In this document: positions 40,500 through 54,647 of the stretch, piece by piece
Numbering within the stretch: the stretch's first letter is position 1
How the letters are laid out: each line of letters opens with the position of its first letter
Assembly: GCA_964016885.1 (NCBI GenBank)
Contig: OZ024747.1
Coordinates: forward strand, 66,340,001 to 66,404,000
Source of the DNA: Eledone cirrhosa
Lineage: Eukaryota
Length of the DNA stretch: 64,000 bases
Reading direction: 5' to 3'
Notes under the pieces: generated by a model
Told to the model about the DNA's origin: nothing
Database searches by the model: none
The model's input: the letters and a program-made list of their open reading frames with translations, nothing else
Made by a program: the position numbers and the translations under genes

Positions 40500-43190
40500 T
40501 ACTCTTTTACTCCTTTACATGTTTCAGCCATCCGGCTGAGGCCATGCTGGGGCACCGCCCTTGTTGCTACACATTTTTTCTCCAGCCTGTATAGGTTGGC
40601 CACTGGTGTAAGAGGGAGTTTGTTGCTGCTGCCCTTTGGTTTCCCTCGTGTCTTGCTGTGGGCTCATCCGGGATCCTGGATAACAAGGTGTCGAGATGTT
40701 TCTTAAAGACATCCACCGCCACGTAATGCAAGTCTCTGTTCCTTTAGCCTCTCCCAGTAGCTTGTCTCCCTCAGCTTGGCAATCCTCTTGGTGTAGCTTC
40801 GCTGGATTGCCTCAAGCTCCGTGGTTAGTTTGACACTATGGGGTGACCACAACTGGGAGCAGTACTCCAAGCGGCTTAGGACAAAATTCCCCCACAGTGT
40901 CAACATGGTGTCTCGATCTCTTGTCCGGAAAGTCCTCGAGATCCAGCCAGCAAGTCATCTGCACATTGTCACCACTTTCATGATGTGTGAAGAAAAAGAT
41001 GCATCATCGCTCATGTCTATGCCCAGGTTTCCTATCGATTTTGACACGGGGATATCGGTCCCTCCTGGTCCTGTGTAGCTGTGTTCCACTATATTTGTAT
41101 TTGCAGGTTTGTATTGTAGGGTTTGCAATTTGCCAGCATTAAACTGCATGTTGTTTTCTTCAGCCCATCTGTATATGGCATCCAGATCCTGCTGTAAAAG
41201 GGCAGCGTCAGCTGGGTTTTTGATTGCCTGTGCTACCTTAGTGTCATCAGCATAGCTAGTGAGGGATGTTGTTGCATGCACCACAGAGGGCATGTCCGAG
41301 AGAGCCACCAAAAACAGTAGTGGTCCCAGGACTGTCCCCTGGGGCACCCCACTTGTTATCGGTGTTTCCCTTGAGAGGGCCCCATTTGCTGCGACTGCCT
41401 GGCTTCTGTCCCTTAGGAAGCCATGCAGCCACTCACCTACTTTTCCAGTTATGCCGAGTCCGTGTAGTTTGTGACATATCATTCTGTGGTCGACCTTTTC
41501 AAAAGCCTTCGCAAAGTCAAGATATATCACGTCCACATGTGAGCTGTCTAGTAGTTGTCTCAGTACCCAGTCGTAGTGATGCAGCAGCTGTGTAAGGCAG
41601 CTTCTTCCTGGGCGGAAACCATGTTGCGTGCTAGTCAGGCGGTCATTTTCTTCGAGGAAAGTGATTAGTTTCTTTCTGATGACTCGCTCCATGACCTTAC
41701 TGATATGCGACGTCAGGGAGACTGGCCTATAGTTCTTGGCCTCCGCTCTACTACCTCCTTTATGGATAGGGCATATTGTGCCTTCTTTCAGCTCCCTGGG
41801 TAGTACACCGCTAGCCAAGGAGCTTCTGAAGAGCATCTTCAGTGGAGTTGCTAAGGCCCGCTTACATATTTTTAAGAGAACTGCTGGGAATCCATCAGGT
41901 CCAGCAGCCGAGTCTGTTCTAATTTCATCAATGGCGTACACCACATCCTCCTCCGTTATGTCTATGTGGTTGATGGTTGCCATTTCTTGATGTAGTGTTG
42001 TGGCATCAAAGAACTCCTCTGGCTTCGTTATTTGCACGTGCCTCAGTGGACATGTGAAGACACTTTTGTACTGTTCGTTCAGTATTTCACATATCTCTTG
42101 GGCGTTTTCGGTTAATGAACCGTCCGTGTGGAAGAGTGGCCCAATCTTGCAGTGTACTGAGGCAGTTTCTTTTGCAAATTTAAAGAAGGCCTTAGGGTTT
42201 GTTTTAATGTTTTCTATGGCCCTGTTCTCTTTCTTTGCCCTCTCATTCTCATGTGAAAGTTTGAGTGCAATCTCGGTGTCAAGTAGTGCACGTTTCAAAT
42301 AGGATTCCTTCTTGTTTTTGTTTTGTTGACTATTCAACTGGTTTGAGAGTTTAGTTCTACGTCTCATAAGGATTTTCCTATCTCTGGGAATAAGATTTTT
42401 GTGTCTGTTTGCCTCTTTCTCCGGGACAAACCTTTTGCATATAGTGTGTATCGTTGTCATGAAGTGTTGAAATTGTGTGTTAGTGTCTTGTGTGGCGGTG
42501 TTTTCACTCCATGTTTGCTTCCGGATTTCACTCTTAATCTTTTTCCAGTTAGCCTTGTAGAAGTTAAGGGTGGATAGCGTCCCGGAGCTTCTTGGTGGTT
42601 TTGTCTCTGTTGGTTCTCTTGGACCACATATCATTAGCTCTACTAAGTTATGATCCGAGAGAATTGTTGGTGTCACCTTTACATTGTGGATGAGCACTTC
42701 GTTGTTTGTAAAACAGAGGTCCAGGACATTTTCGCCTCTTGTTGGGAGGAGTATTGCTTGCTCCATGAACATCCTGTGTGTGAGGGCCAGCAGGGATTCC
42801 GTCTGTCTCTGTTCTATTGACGTCATTCCAGGGAGGAGGTGGTCCTCAGGCCATTTGACCTTTGGTAGGTTGAAGTCTCCCAGCAGCAGGATGTTGAGAC
42901 CCTGGTCCAGTTTGTCAAGGACCTCTTCTATCCTACTTAGGCTATCCTCAAATTTACCCTCATTACTTAGGCTATCCTCAAATTTACCCTCATGACTGGG
43001 GGAATCGGGCGGCCGATATGTGACACATATTACTGTCTGTAGTTGCTTCATATGTATTATCAGTGTGTCACAGACTGAGTTTGAATGTGTCAACAGTACA
43101 ATTGGTGTGACATCTTCACGGATATACAGAGCAACCCCACCATGAGTTCTCTCCTTCCTGTCCGAACGAAATACAGTATATTTCGGTATA
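40500..43190 (-). mobile_element. CR1-group LINE (APE + RT), 5'-truncated, with premature stop and 3' deletions
   Basis: APE motifs YRPP, GDFNLP, LDLCF and SDH. RT motifs GPDG, NYRPVSLTS, YLDFAKAF, SGVPQGTVLGP and YADD (ORF 40955-43093), with LEYCSQLWSP after the stop. Confidence 0.92.
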
Positions 43191-43322
43191 TGTCTTAACT
43201 ACGATGTTTATATCATCTACGTAGCGGGAGTACATTATCAGTAATTTAATGGTAAAACATATGCCCAAGAGGAAGGAGCAGCCATTGGTATTAGCATTGC
43301 AGGCGACATAGCTAACTTATTC

Positions 43323-44534
43323 ATGGTATGGTGGGACAGTAGACTTAAACAAAAACTTAAAGAACAATTAGAAGACAGCTTAACCCTGATAATGTACTCC
43401 CGCTACGTAGATGATATAAACATCGTAGTTAAGACACCCCCACTAAAGAACAGTCAGGAACTAGAGAAAAACACGATGAAAAGCATCCAGCAAATAGCAA
43501 ACTCTATCCACCAGAGCATTAGAGTTACTATAGACTACCCAAGTAGACACCCCAACCATCGATTACCTGTACTAGACACAGAGCTCTGGTTAGATACCAT
43601 TAACAACCAAAAACAAATCCTCCATTCCCATTACGCCAAACCCATGACTTCCAAACATCTGATCCACCGAAACTCGGCCATTTCGGACCATACCAAAATC
43701 AACATACTGATTGCAAATTTGGTACGGGTGATGAGAAATGTGTCCCGCATGTGCAACCCCGAAGAACTAGAGAGACACATACAACACTTCATCCACCGTA
43801 TGCAGTTCTCTGGCTACAATCAGAGAGATAGAATCAGAGTGTATAGAGGAGCCAGAACCAAATGGGAAAAAATGGTAAATAATGACATAAATGGGACCTG
43901 CCCCTTGTATAGGAGCAAATTTTGGAATAGAATAGAAAGAACTAGGAACAAGGCCAATAGAATAAACTCATGGTATGATAGCAATAAATACCAGAGTGTA
44001 ATGTTCATCAATACAACCCCTAGAGGCGAACTAGCCTACAAATTTAGAAGGGCCCTAAATAAACATAAACTCAATATTAAGATAGTAGAAAGACCAGGTA
44101 CCTCCGTAAAAGCACTTATTAGCAAGACATACCCGTTCCAAAGACCCTCATGTATAGATAAGAAATGTATAACCTGTAAAATAAGCCCCCATATTAACTG
44201 TAAAACTAGAAATGTAGTGTATAGCATAAGATGTACTGAAGGACAATGTAGAAACAAAAATATAGTGTACATAGGTGAGACAGCTCGTAGTATAGGGGAA
44301 CGAATAAATGAACACTGGCGAGACCTTCAAGATAATAAAGAATCATCTGTGCTCTACCAACATGCTAAGATAGAGCACAAGGGTAAATTAGAGAACATAG
44401 AAATAAAAATAGAATCCGCACACAGAAAAGATGCAATGTTGAGGCAAATTACAGAGGCAGTAAGCATAAAAGAATTACAACCAAAATTAAATAGAAAATA
44501 TGAGTGGAACAGCAACATCACAACTTACAATTAA
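43323..44534 (+). CDS. PLE RT C-terminal half + GIY-YIG
   Basis: YSRYVDD, LPVLD, CIDKKCITCK..C and VVYSIRC..YIGET. It is a paralogue of 17097-20072. Confidence 0.9.
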   Translation: MVWWDSRLKQKLKEQLEDSLTLIMYSRYVDDINIVVKTPPLKNSQELEKNTMKSIQQIANSIHQSIRVTIDYPSRHPNHRLPVLDTELWLDTINNQKQILHSHYAKPMTSKHLIHRNSAISDHTKINILIANLVRVMRNVSRMCNPEELERHIQHFIHRMQFSGYNQRDRIRVYRGARTKWEKMVNNDINGTCPLYRSKFWNRIERTRNKANRINSWYDSNKYQSVMFINTTPRGELAYKFRRALNKHKLNIKIVERPGTSVKALISKTYPFQRPSCIDKKCITCKISPHINCKTRNVVYSIRCTEGQCRNKNIVYIGETARSIGERINEHWRDLQDNKESSVLYQHAKIEHKGKLENIEIKIESAHRKDAMLRQITEAVSIKELQPKLNRKYEWNSNITTYN

Positions 44535-44750
44535 GGACAAAATGAAAACACACACACACATAGAACAAACAACCAACCAACAACTTGTAAATAAATATAT
44601 AAATAAATAAACAAATAGATAAATGAACACAAACACACACAGACACCCGGATGTGGCGCATGCGCAAACTGAGCACACAACACACACACAGAAACAAAAT
44701 GGCGTAGGACAGAAGAAAGGAAAGGCACAGAAACAAAGCAAGGAATCCCC

Positions 44751-44795
44751 AGTCACTGAAGAGGTCACAGAGTGTGTGACGAAAGGACTATGACT
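44751..44795 (+). ncRNA. Minimal hammerhead ribozyme (family B)
   Basis: agtca-CTGAAGA-g gtcaca gagtg tgtgac-GAAA-ggac-TA-tgact. Confidence 0.8.
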
Positions 44796-45012
44796 ATATA
44801 TAAACAACTATCTGGTTGTGGAACCAACCAACCAACCAGAAATTTATAAGTTTGTAGATTTATAAATTTATAAATATATAATAAATTGAAGTGAAAGCAA
44901 CTGGTGCGTGTGTTTCTTATTAGCAACATGACCCTCCCAAAGTATAACAATATATATATGTATATATGTATGTATATATATATATATATGTATATATATA
45001 TGTATATATATG

Positions 45013-45043
<31 letters not shown>

Positions 45044-45044
45044 G

Positions 45045-45091
<47 letters not shown>

Positions 45092-45262
45092 GTATATATA
45101 TATATATGTATATATATGTATATGTATATATGTATATATATGTATATGTATTTATATATATATATATGTTTATATGTATATATATATGTATATATATATG
45201 TATATGTATATATATATATGTATATATATATATGTATATATATATATATGTATATATATATG

Positions 45263-45297
<35 letters not shown>

Positions 45298-45382
45298 GTA
45301 TATATATATGTATATATATATGTATATATATATGTATATGTATATATATATGTATATATATATGTATATGTATATATATATG

Positions 45383-45413
<31 letters not shown>

Positions 45414-45668
45414 GTATGTATATATATGTATATATGTATATATATATGTATATATATATGTATATATATGTATATGTATTTATATATGTATATGTATGTA
45501 TATGTATATATATGTATATGTATTTATATATGTATATGTATTTATATATGTATATGTATGTATATGTATATATATATATCTTTATATATATGTGTATATA
45601 TATGTATATATATATGTATATGTATGTATATATATATGTATATATATAAATGTATAGGAACAAGTAAG

Positions 45669-45762
45669 ACCCCGACGGCTGAGCTCAAGCCGTTTCGACG
45701 GCTAATTCTGGACTGAATGAAAATTTATTCTGGTATTTAAATAGCCGAGCTTATCAAGGGGT
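45669..45762 (-). ncRNA. Hammerhead ribozyme, U3-A8 core
   Basis: acccc-TTGATAA-gct cggcta..tagccg tc-GAAA-cggct tgagctc agccg-TC-ggggt. Confidence 0.8.
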
Positions 45763-46999
45763 GATTCCATATATGGTCAAAGAAAGAGATAATCACCAGG
45801 ATTGGTCACATCACAAGTTAGTAGTAAATCTGTGATGGCAAATTGGTGGGAGAAGGGGTAGCTAAACCTGCCGGTAGGAGAAAAAGGGAGAGTAGACCCA
45901 ATCATGCGTTGGTAGTGCCGGCTACAGCTGGGCGTGAGGTCAAAGAGGATACTGGGGAGGGGGAGGAGGAGGAAGTCGAAACGGTAAGTAGAACAATGAT
46001 GGGTAAAACTATAAAAAGTACTGAGAGAGAAAAAAAAAAGCAAAGTCTGGTTACTAAGACTTAAGTCTCTCGCTATTGCTAGGCTAAAGAAATACATAAA
46101 TAAAGAAACAAATAAGTGAATAAAAGAAAAAAATAAATAATAATAATAAAAATAAACTAGGTGGGACGGAAATAAAGCGACCCTTATAGGAGGTATACGT
46201 GCGTGTATAGTACGGTGACGGGTCACCAAGGGGGGGGGGGGGGGGGCAAAATACTAATGAGACTACCACGAAATAATAAAGGTTTCTACCCCAATCACAG
46301 GGCCAGCAACCACCCAGTGCAAGAAAGTAAACTAGTACGAGAATATAATTCAGGGTCCCGCAAAAAAAAATACTAGTGCTAACTCTAAGGGTATCGCCAC
46401 GAAACAAAAAGTCTTATACAAGCTACATGAAAGATCGTACGAAGTAAAAGTAAAGAACGGAAAATTAATACAGTCCCCCCCCCCCCCCCAAAAAAAAAGG
46501 GGAAAAAGAAAAAAAAGAAAAGAAATACTGGATAAACGAGAAATTAAAGGAAAGATGCCACTAAGAAATATAGAAGGCACGGAAAAAAGGGACAAAGGTC
46601 GGAGAAGGGGGCAAGTATCCGAAGTCTAACACCTCTGCTATAAAAAGCGGAGTCAGCCAAATCTATCATAGAATAGGGGAAGGGGGGTGGGGGTGCTGAA
46701 GCTACAAGGGACCGAGGGGCTACCTCGGGTGGGCGAGAAAAAGACGACGACAAAGAAAAGGAACTGGGGTAGAAGGACTAGGGATGGATGGGGGAAGGAG
46801 GAAATATAGAGGAAGCGATAAAAGAATGTAAAATAAGATCTTACGTCTCCATTGGCAAGCAGGGGTTACTCATTACAAAATAGGCAAGTGGGGTGTTATA
46901 GCCCTAGTCTACCCCCCCCCGGGTCATTATGGGGTTTGAGGGCGAGGTAAGTCCTACGTAATCGGTGTTTACATGCAGTAACCAGTTCATCTTTCTTGT

Positions 47000-47737
47000 T
47001 TAGGAGTTGGTCCGTCGAAAACAGCATTTGTAAAGTTTCCTCCGAGCATAAATTGCACGAATGGCGTCCTCCCGTGTAAGAGTTGGCTCTGGACAGTAAT
47101 TTCCAAGTGAGATCATAGTTGATGTTGTTGTCCTTGAGGTCCCATATGTGGCCGAAAGTGTAGTGGCGTGACGCCGGGCCGGGTTTCGGAAGGTATGTCT
47201 GTGTTGGTATAGCCGGGTCTTGAAGTCACATGCGGTTAATCCTATATAAGCTTTGTTGGAGGTGTCCGTGCTCACGTTGCACTGGTAGATCACATTACGG
47301 TCTCTGTATCTGTTGTCGTGGGGGCAACTGAATCTATCAGGAGAGTTGCACCTCCTGGTCGGCTCTCCACTGCTATTTAGGTTGTTTCTTCCATCGGGGT
47401 TGAGTTTTTTGTTGTTGGAGGAGACGATGTTTTGTGCGAAGTTAGGTGTAGTGCTGAAAGAGAGTTTGATGGTATTTTTGTTAATTATGTTGTGGTAGCG
47501 GTGTTGTGGTGGGAAGTGTTTTTCAATGAGCCTAAAGAAAATTTTCCCGATGGGTGTTGTCACCTCGGCGTTGTGGGGAGGATTGAACCATGTTACATTG
47601 CGTGAGCGGCGGTGTCGCCTGCTGGTTCCACTAATGGGAGCTGGACAGTAGGATATTTCCTCCCGGAAACCACTCCGCTTGAGGGCCTGGTTGTAGTAAG
47701 GCGCATGTTCATCGAATATCTTCTCATTAGCTGACAA
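47000..47737 (-). pseudogene. PLE RT thumb/linker + GIY-YIG (frameshifted)
   Basis: YYNQAL, WFNPPHN and VIYQC..YIGLT..FKTR. Confidence 0.85.
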
Positions 47738-48073
47738 ACGGGATATGCGGAGGGAGATGTTTTTGACCAGGTTGTTGGTGATGTTCCTAGGATGGATAGA
47801 TCGGCGGTGGATGTAGTGCAGGTTGTCATTGGGTTTCCTGTATGGGTAGTACAGGTAATTATTGAGATCGAGGGTAACGTCCAGGAAATTAACTCGGGTC
47901 AGGGACGTTTGTAGGGTTATTTTAAATCCCCAGTCGTGGAAGAAGCTGATTAATTGTTTACGGACCCGATCTGTACTACTGGGGTTGTACCCTTTAAGGG
48001 TAAGGAGCCCTTTCCGACCCTACCACGCCGTATCCAGACTTTTCCGCTAAGCTCAATTTCTTTCACCCGCACC

Positions 48074-49524
48074 ATGCGAAAACACAACATCGACTTCTCT
48101 ACCAAGAACATCCCAATCCCACCGAAAAAACTTTACCTTCTGATGCTCACGCAAAAAATCGATCTATTTGCGAAAAGACTTAGATGGAGAACTTTTTTCT
48201 ACGACAGATTTTGCGACAATCAGGACTTCGGTACCAAGGAGAGATTCGGATTTATTACCTACAAATCTCCCCCCCCCCGAACCCTTTGCTCTCACCCTTC
48301 GAGAATGACCTCTTCCAACTGGTCAAGAACCTGAAATTCAAACCCAGACACAACCGATTCCTACAAAAACTCCGTAGCAACTTAACAGAGTATGATAACA
48401 CCAATGACATCATGGTGCATTCGGATAAAACTGGGAACCTATACTTTGTCAACCCCGACAGATACCACACACTGATCATGAGCAGTCTAAACTCCACCGA
48501 TAAAAAGGCTAACCACTCATGCATCGAGGACATTAATCGAGATGGACAACAAATTACCTCCAGCCTCGGAGTCGCCGACCGCACCGAACCCCTAGACCCA
48601 CGGACACCCTACTTCACACTGAAGGACCACAAATCCGATTTCGACCGTAAACCATCTATCAGGCTTATAAACCCAACGAAGTCCGACATAGGGAGAATCA
48701 GCAAAAAAATCCTAGACCGCGTGATACCAAAAGTCAAGCAACACGCCCGACTTAGCCTATGGATCAACACCCAGGAAGTTATCTCATGGTTCAGCAATAT
48801 GGAGGATAAACGAGACACTAAATTTATCCAGTTCGACATAGAGAGCTACTATGCTTCAATCACCTTACCGCTACTTACTGCCGCCTTGGACTTCGCCGAA
48901 GCACTTGTGCCCATCACCGACCAGGAAAGAAAAATCATCCTCCACGCCAGGAAGACAGTCCTACTCTTTGACAACTCCAAATGTATAAAAAGAGCTCCCG
49001 ACTCACCCTTCGACGTCAGCATGGGCGCTACGGATTCAGCGGAGGTCACAGATCTTATAGGATTATTCCTTATAGCCAAACTCACCGATATAGCCAACTC
49101 TCCTGATAGATCCAGTTGCCCCCTCGACAACAGATGCAGAGACCGTAATGTGATCTACCAGTGCAACGTGAGCACGGACACCTCCAACAAAGCTTATATA
49201 GGATTAACCGCATGTGACTTCAAGACCCGGCTATACCAACACAGACATACCTTCCGAAACCCGGCCCGGCGTCACGCCACTATACTTTCGGGCCACATAT
49301 GGGACCTCAAGGACAACAACATCAACTATGATCTCACTTGGAAATTACTGTCCAGAGCCAACTCTTACACGGGAGGACGCCGTCCGTGCAATTTATGCTC
49401 GGAGGAAACTTTACAAACGTTGTTTTCGACGGACCAACTCCTAAACAAGAAAGATGAATTGGTTACTGCATGTAAACACCGATTACGTAGGACTTACCTC
49501 GCCCTCAAACCCCATAATGACTAG
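48074..49524 (+). pseudogene. PLE N-terminal RT half fused in frame to GIY-YIG, lacking YxDD
   Basis: Frameshift at poly-C ~48270. SDKTG, RLINPTKS, FDIESYY and MGATDS then jump to NSPDRSSCPLD at 49096. Confidence 0.85.
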
Positions 49525-50750
49525 GGAGGGGGAGGGGGGTAGATTAGGGCTATAACACCCCACTTGCCTATTTTGTAATGGGTAACCCCTGCTTGCTAAT
49601 GGAGACGTAAGATCTTATTTTACATTCTTTTATCGCTTCCTCTATATTTCCTCCTTCCCCCCATCCCTCCCTAGTCCTTCTACCCCAGTTCCTTTTCTTT
49701 GTCGTCGTCTTTTTCTCGCCCACCCGAGGTAGCCCCTCGGTCCCTTGTAGCTTCAGCACCCCCCACCCCCCTTCCTTTATTCTATGATAGATTTGCAGAG
49801 GTGTTAGACTTGCAGAGGTGTTAGACTTCGGATACTTGCCCCCTTCTCCGACCGCTGTACCTTTTTTCCGTGCCTTCTATATTTCTTAGTGGCATCTTTG
49901 CTTTAATTTCTCGTTTATCCAGTATTTCTTTTCTTTTTTCTTCTTTTTCCATTTTTTGGGGGTGGGTGGGGTGGGGCAGGGGGTGGGTGTTTCTGTATTA
50001 ATTTTCCGTTCTTTACTTTTACTTCGTACGATCTTTCATGTAGCTTGTATAAGACTTTTGTTTCGTGGCGGTACCCTTAGAGTTAGCACTAGTATTTTTT
50101 TGCGGGATCCTGAATTATATTCTCGTACTAGTTTATTTTCTCGCACTGGGTGGTTGCTGGCCCTGTGATTGGGGTAGAAACCTTTATTATTTCGTGGTAG
50201 TCTCATTAGTATTTTGGCCCCCCCCCCCCCTTTGTTGACCCGTCACCGTACGATACACGCACTTATACCTCCTATAAGGGTCCCTTTATTTCCGCCCCAC
50301 CTAGTTTATTTTTATTATTATTATTTATTTTTTTATTCTTCATTATATATATATATATATTTTTTTTTTAAAATTTATTTATCTATTCTTTTATTCACAT
50401 ATTTGTTTCTTTATTTATGTATTTCTTTAGCCTAGCAATAGCGAGAGACTTAAGTCTTAGTAACCAGACTTTGCTTTTTTTTTCTCTCTCAGTACTTTTT
50501 ATAGTTTTACCCATCATCGTTCTACTTACCGTTTCGACTTCCTCCTCCTCCCCCTCCCCAGTATCCTCTTTGACCTCACGCCCAGCTGTAGCCGGCACTA
50601 CCAACGCATGATTGGGTCTACTCTCCCTTTTTCTCCTACCGGCAGGTTTAGCTACCCCTTCTCCCACCAATTTGCCATCACAGATTTACTACTAACTTGT
50701 GATGTGACCAATCCTGGTGATTATCTCTTTCTTTGACCATATATGGAATT

Positions 50751-50844
50751 ACCCCTTGATGAGCTCGGCTATTTAAATACCAGAATAATTTTTCATTCAG
50801 TCCAGAATTAGCCGTCGAAACGGCTTGAGCTCAGCCGTCGGGGT
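50751..50844 (+). ncRNA. Hammerhead ribozyme, U3.G8 core
   Basis: acccc-TTGATGA-gct cggcta..tagccg tc-GAAA-cggct tgagctc agccg-TC-ggggt. Confidence 0.8.
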
Positions 50845-51012
50845 CTTACTTGTTCCTATTACCCACTCTACTACCCTAAGTATTGAGTACTTTGGTGCGT
50901 TATGGTCCACCTGGTTCCTTACCACATTTCCTTCATTATATATATGTATATATATATATATGTATATGTATATATATATGTATATATATATATATGTATA
51001 TGTATGTATATA

Positions 51013-51087
<75 letters not shown>

Positions 51088-51090
51088 GTT

Positions 51091-51212
<122 letters not shown>

Positions 51213-51283
51213 AATATATATATATATATATAAAATATTAAACAAATAATGAACAAACAATTCCTTATATTAAACAAAAAAAG

Positions 51284-51438
51284 TTCACTATTTAACGATC
51301 GTTTCTAGGGTATATATGTGTTATAATTGGTATGCATATTTAACAGATCTATGTACAAAATTATACAAAATTATACAAATTATCAAGATTAAATATACAT
51401 ACCTAACTCATATATACGCCGTCTTCAGAAATAATGAA
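51284..51438 (-). ncRNA. Hammerhead motif with ~115-nt stem II
   Basis: Reverse complement of 60691-60845. Confidence 0.7.
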
Positions 51439-52206
51439 GTATATTTATTGATAATAACAACAATTCAAAATATCAGTTCAAAATTGACCAATGAAAACAC
51501 AAAGGGTTAAAAAGCAGTTTGGTGTGTGTATATACATGTAAAAACCTTACACACATTTTACAATAATGTGTGTATAATTTGTATGTGCATACTAAAAAGA
51601 TGGATGCAAATAAAAAATTTCAAGGTTAATATCTCTGTAAGCTTAATGCGCTGATAAGATACGCAATGATACTTATGGAGTCAAGCATATAAATATATTT
51701 TTTTCATACTCACACATATCAGTATAATCACACATACATGTGCGTATATGTATAAATATACACATAACCACGAACATACAAACACACACACTCCCCCACT
51801 CACATTTATATATGTGGATATAAAATCATAAGCAAATAGAAATTAAGTCACTCACATAAAAACACTGGTACACACATTTCAAGATCAAGATACAGAAATT
51901 AGGTGGGAGGGGGGGGAGGGGTCAGTATTAGATTGTCAGACCAGACAGCCTAATATAAATGTATCTATAAATTATGAAAAATAAAAAAATAAAAACAATA
52001 AAATATAATACATATAATATAATGTACATACGCATACAGATATACATACACATACATACATGTACGCGCACATAGAGATATCTACACATACATACATACA
52101 CACATACCTATACTGTCATACACACACATACATTTACACGAACATACACATACACATATAAAAAGATATAAATACAGACACACACACGCGCAACACATAC
52201 ACACAT

Positions 52207-52247
<41 letters not shown>

Positions 52248-52358
52248 TATACACACACACATAGACTCATATATATATACACATACACATACATACACTT
52301 ATACACAAACATATATATCCCACACTCATACCACCATAAAAACACATACAAACACCCA

Positions 52359-52399
<41 letters not shown>

Positions 52400-52608
52400 A
52401 CATACACACACGTACACATATATGTATATATACATACATATATACACACATACACATATATATATACACACACACATAAAATACAGACATGCACATATAT
52501 ATATATATATATATATTTCATTACTCTTATATATACACATAGTATATATACATACACAACCTCACTTATACACATATACACATAAGTTATATTACAATAA
52601 TAATAAAG

Positions 52609-52661
<53 letters not shown>

Positions 52662-52782
52662 TATACATACATACATATACATATACATACATACATACAC
52701 ATACATACATACACCTAAATATATACATATATAAATACACACATACGAATAAAGACATATATTCACACATAGACACCTATAT

Positions 52783-52814
<32 letters not shown>

Positions 52815-54647
52815 CTATATACACACACATACACATATATACACACACATATATACATACACATACATACACACACACACACATACAGACACACATACAC
52901 ACTCACATATATATATATATATATATATGTGTATGTGAGTGTGCGCAAATACATATATATATACACACACACATACAAACACACACAAACACATACATAT
53001 GCATACGTGCACACACACACACATATATCACATAGATACGAAGATAAACATATAAATAGAGAGACATACAAATATATACAGAACCCATATACACATACAT
53101 ACAAACACGCATATACATATATATACATATATACACATATATATATTCCTATATACAAGCATACACATACACACACATATATACATATACATACACATAT
53201 ACATACCACACATTCACATACACATACATATATAATACATATATATACATATATATACATACATATGTATGTACAATCATATATACACACTCAATCTTAC
53301 ATTCATATTTACATGCTCATATATGTATTTTTATATTTAGAAATAAATACCAAAAAACTATATAGACACCCATCTACACATATATTCATACATATACACT
53401 TACAAAAACAGATGATAATAGTATGGGGGAAAGGGGGGGTTTGGAGAAGGGGATCAAAGTAAATATATGTTTCAAGAAACATATAATATTTTCCATATCT
53501 TAATTCAATGTATGTTCTTACATATTTTCAGTGCTATGAAATACGAAATCTATGCATCACAAAATAAAAAAGTATACCATTAATCATATGTCAACTAAAC
53601 CAAAGATAGTCAACATATTGAATTCCAAGGTGTAAATTAGTTAGGTTTATAATATTTGAAGCAGAATTATGAAGTCAAACAGTAGTAGATTATTAATTAC
53701 ATTATAACTAAATTAAAGTTAATAACGTTATGGTATCAATATTAGGAGATGAATTTAGTAATAGGGAAAAGAAACCAAATAAAAATAAAATAAAGTATTA
53801 CATCGGTAGTAGTATATAAATTATATGTTAACTAAGTTAAAAATTATATATTTATTTCAATAGTATACGTTAATTAGTATATGTTAATTAGGTATACAAT
53901 ACATAAAGCAGAAATTGTATTTCATCAATAGCATAATATAATTATATGCAAATAAAAATCAAAATTAATACGCATACATATACATATACATACACATACA
54001 CATACATATACATATACATACACATATATATATATATATATATACATATATATACACATACATACATATATAGTCACATAAATATACATACAGATACACA
54101 TACAACACACACATATACATATATATATAGATATACATATCTTTTTCAAAAAATTGCACAGAATATATTAACTAGGTATATATCCAAAACACCTCCCATT
54201 CTATGATTACATGACATTCTGCAATTCGTCTGTACAAGGATACTAATTTTAAGCAAATTAAAATTAAAGTTTTAGGTTGATTAAAACTAAAACCAAATAA
54301 TAAATATATTTCCAAAATGTATATTAATTAGGTCAATAATACTAAAAATTCTTTCTCCGTCATAGGATACATGATATTATTTTGTTATATTTTATCTGTA
54401 AAAGAATTATAATAAAAAAAAAAAAATTATAATAAAAGGTTAAACTAAATTAAAAAATTATAATAAAAGGTTAAAATAAGTTAAAATTAATCTATAAATT
54501 AAATTACTGAATATATATTAGTAATATTTAAAGGTTTTTCAAAATTTATGATTATATAATATTTTCTCATCTGTAATAAAATATTAATTAAATTAAATTT
54601 ATAGGTTAACTAACATTTAAATTAAATTAAATTCTAGAATAATGTTA

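Larger units (their letters stand above)
43243..44951 (+). mobile_element. 5'-truncated Neptune/Nematis-like PLE family B
   Basis: GAAIG, RYVDD, Cys linker and GIY-YIG. It is preceded by an inverted 50-bp piece (43191-43241 is the reverse complement of ~43387-43437). Confidence 0.92.
45655..50938. mobile_element. Rearranged Hydra-like PLE family D: minus copy 45655-~48050, inverted 5' ORF segment ~48050-49095, plus 3' copy 49096-50938
   Basis: Arms of ~1.7 kb are inverted. MRKHNIDFSTKNIPIP starts at 48074. WFNPPHN and VIYQC..YIG lie on the minus strand, and both ends are in (TA)n. Confidence 0.9.
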
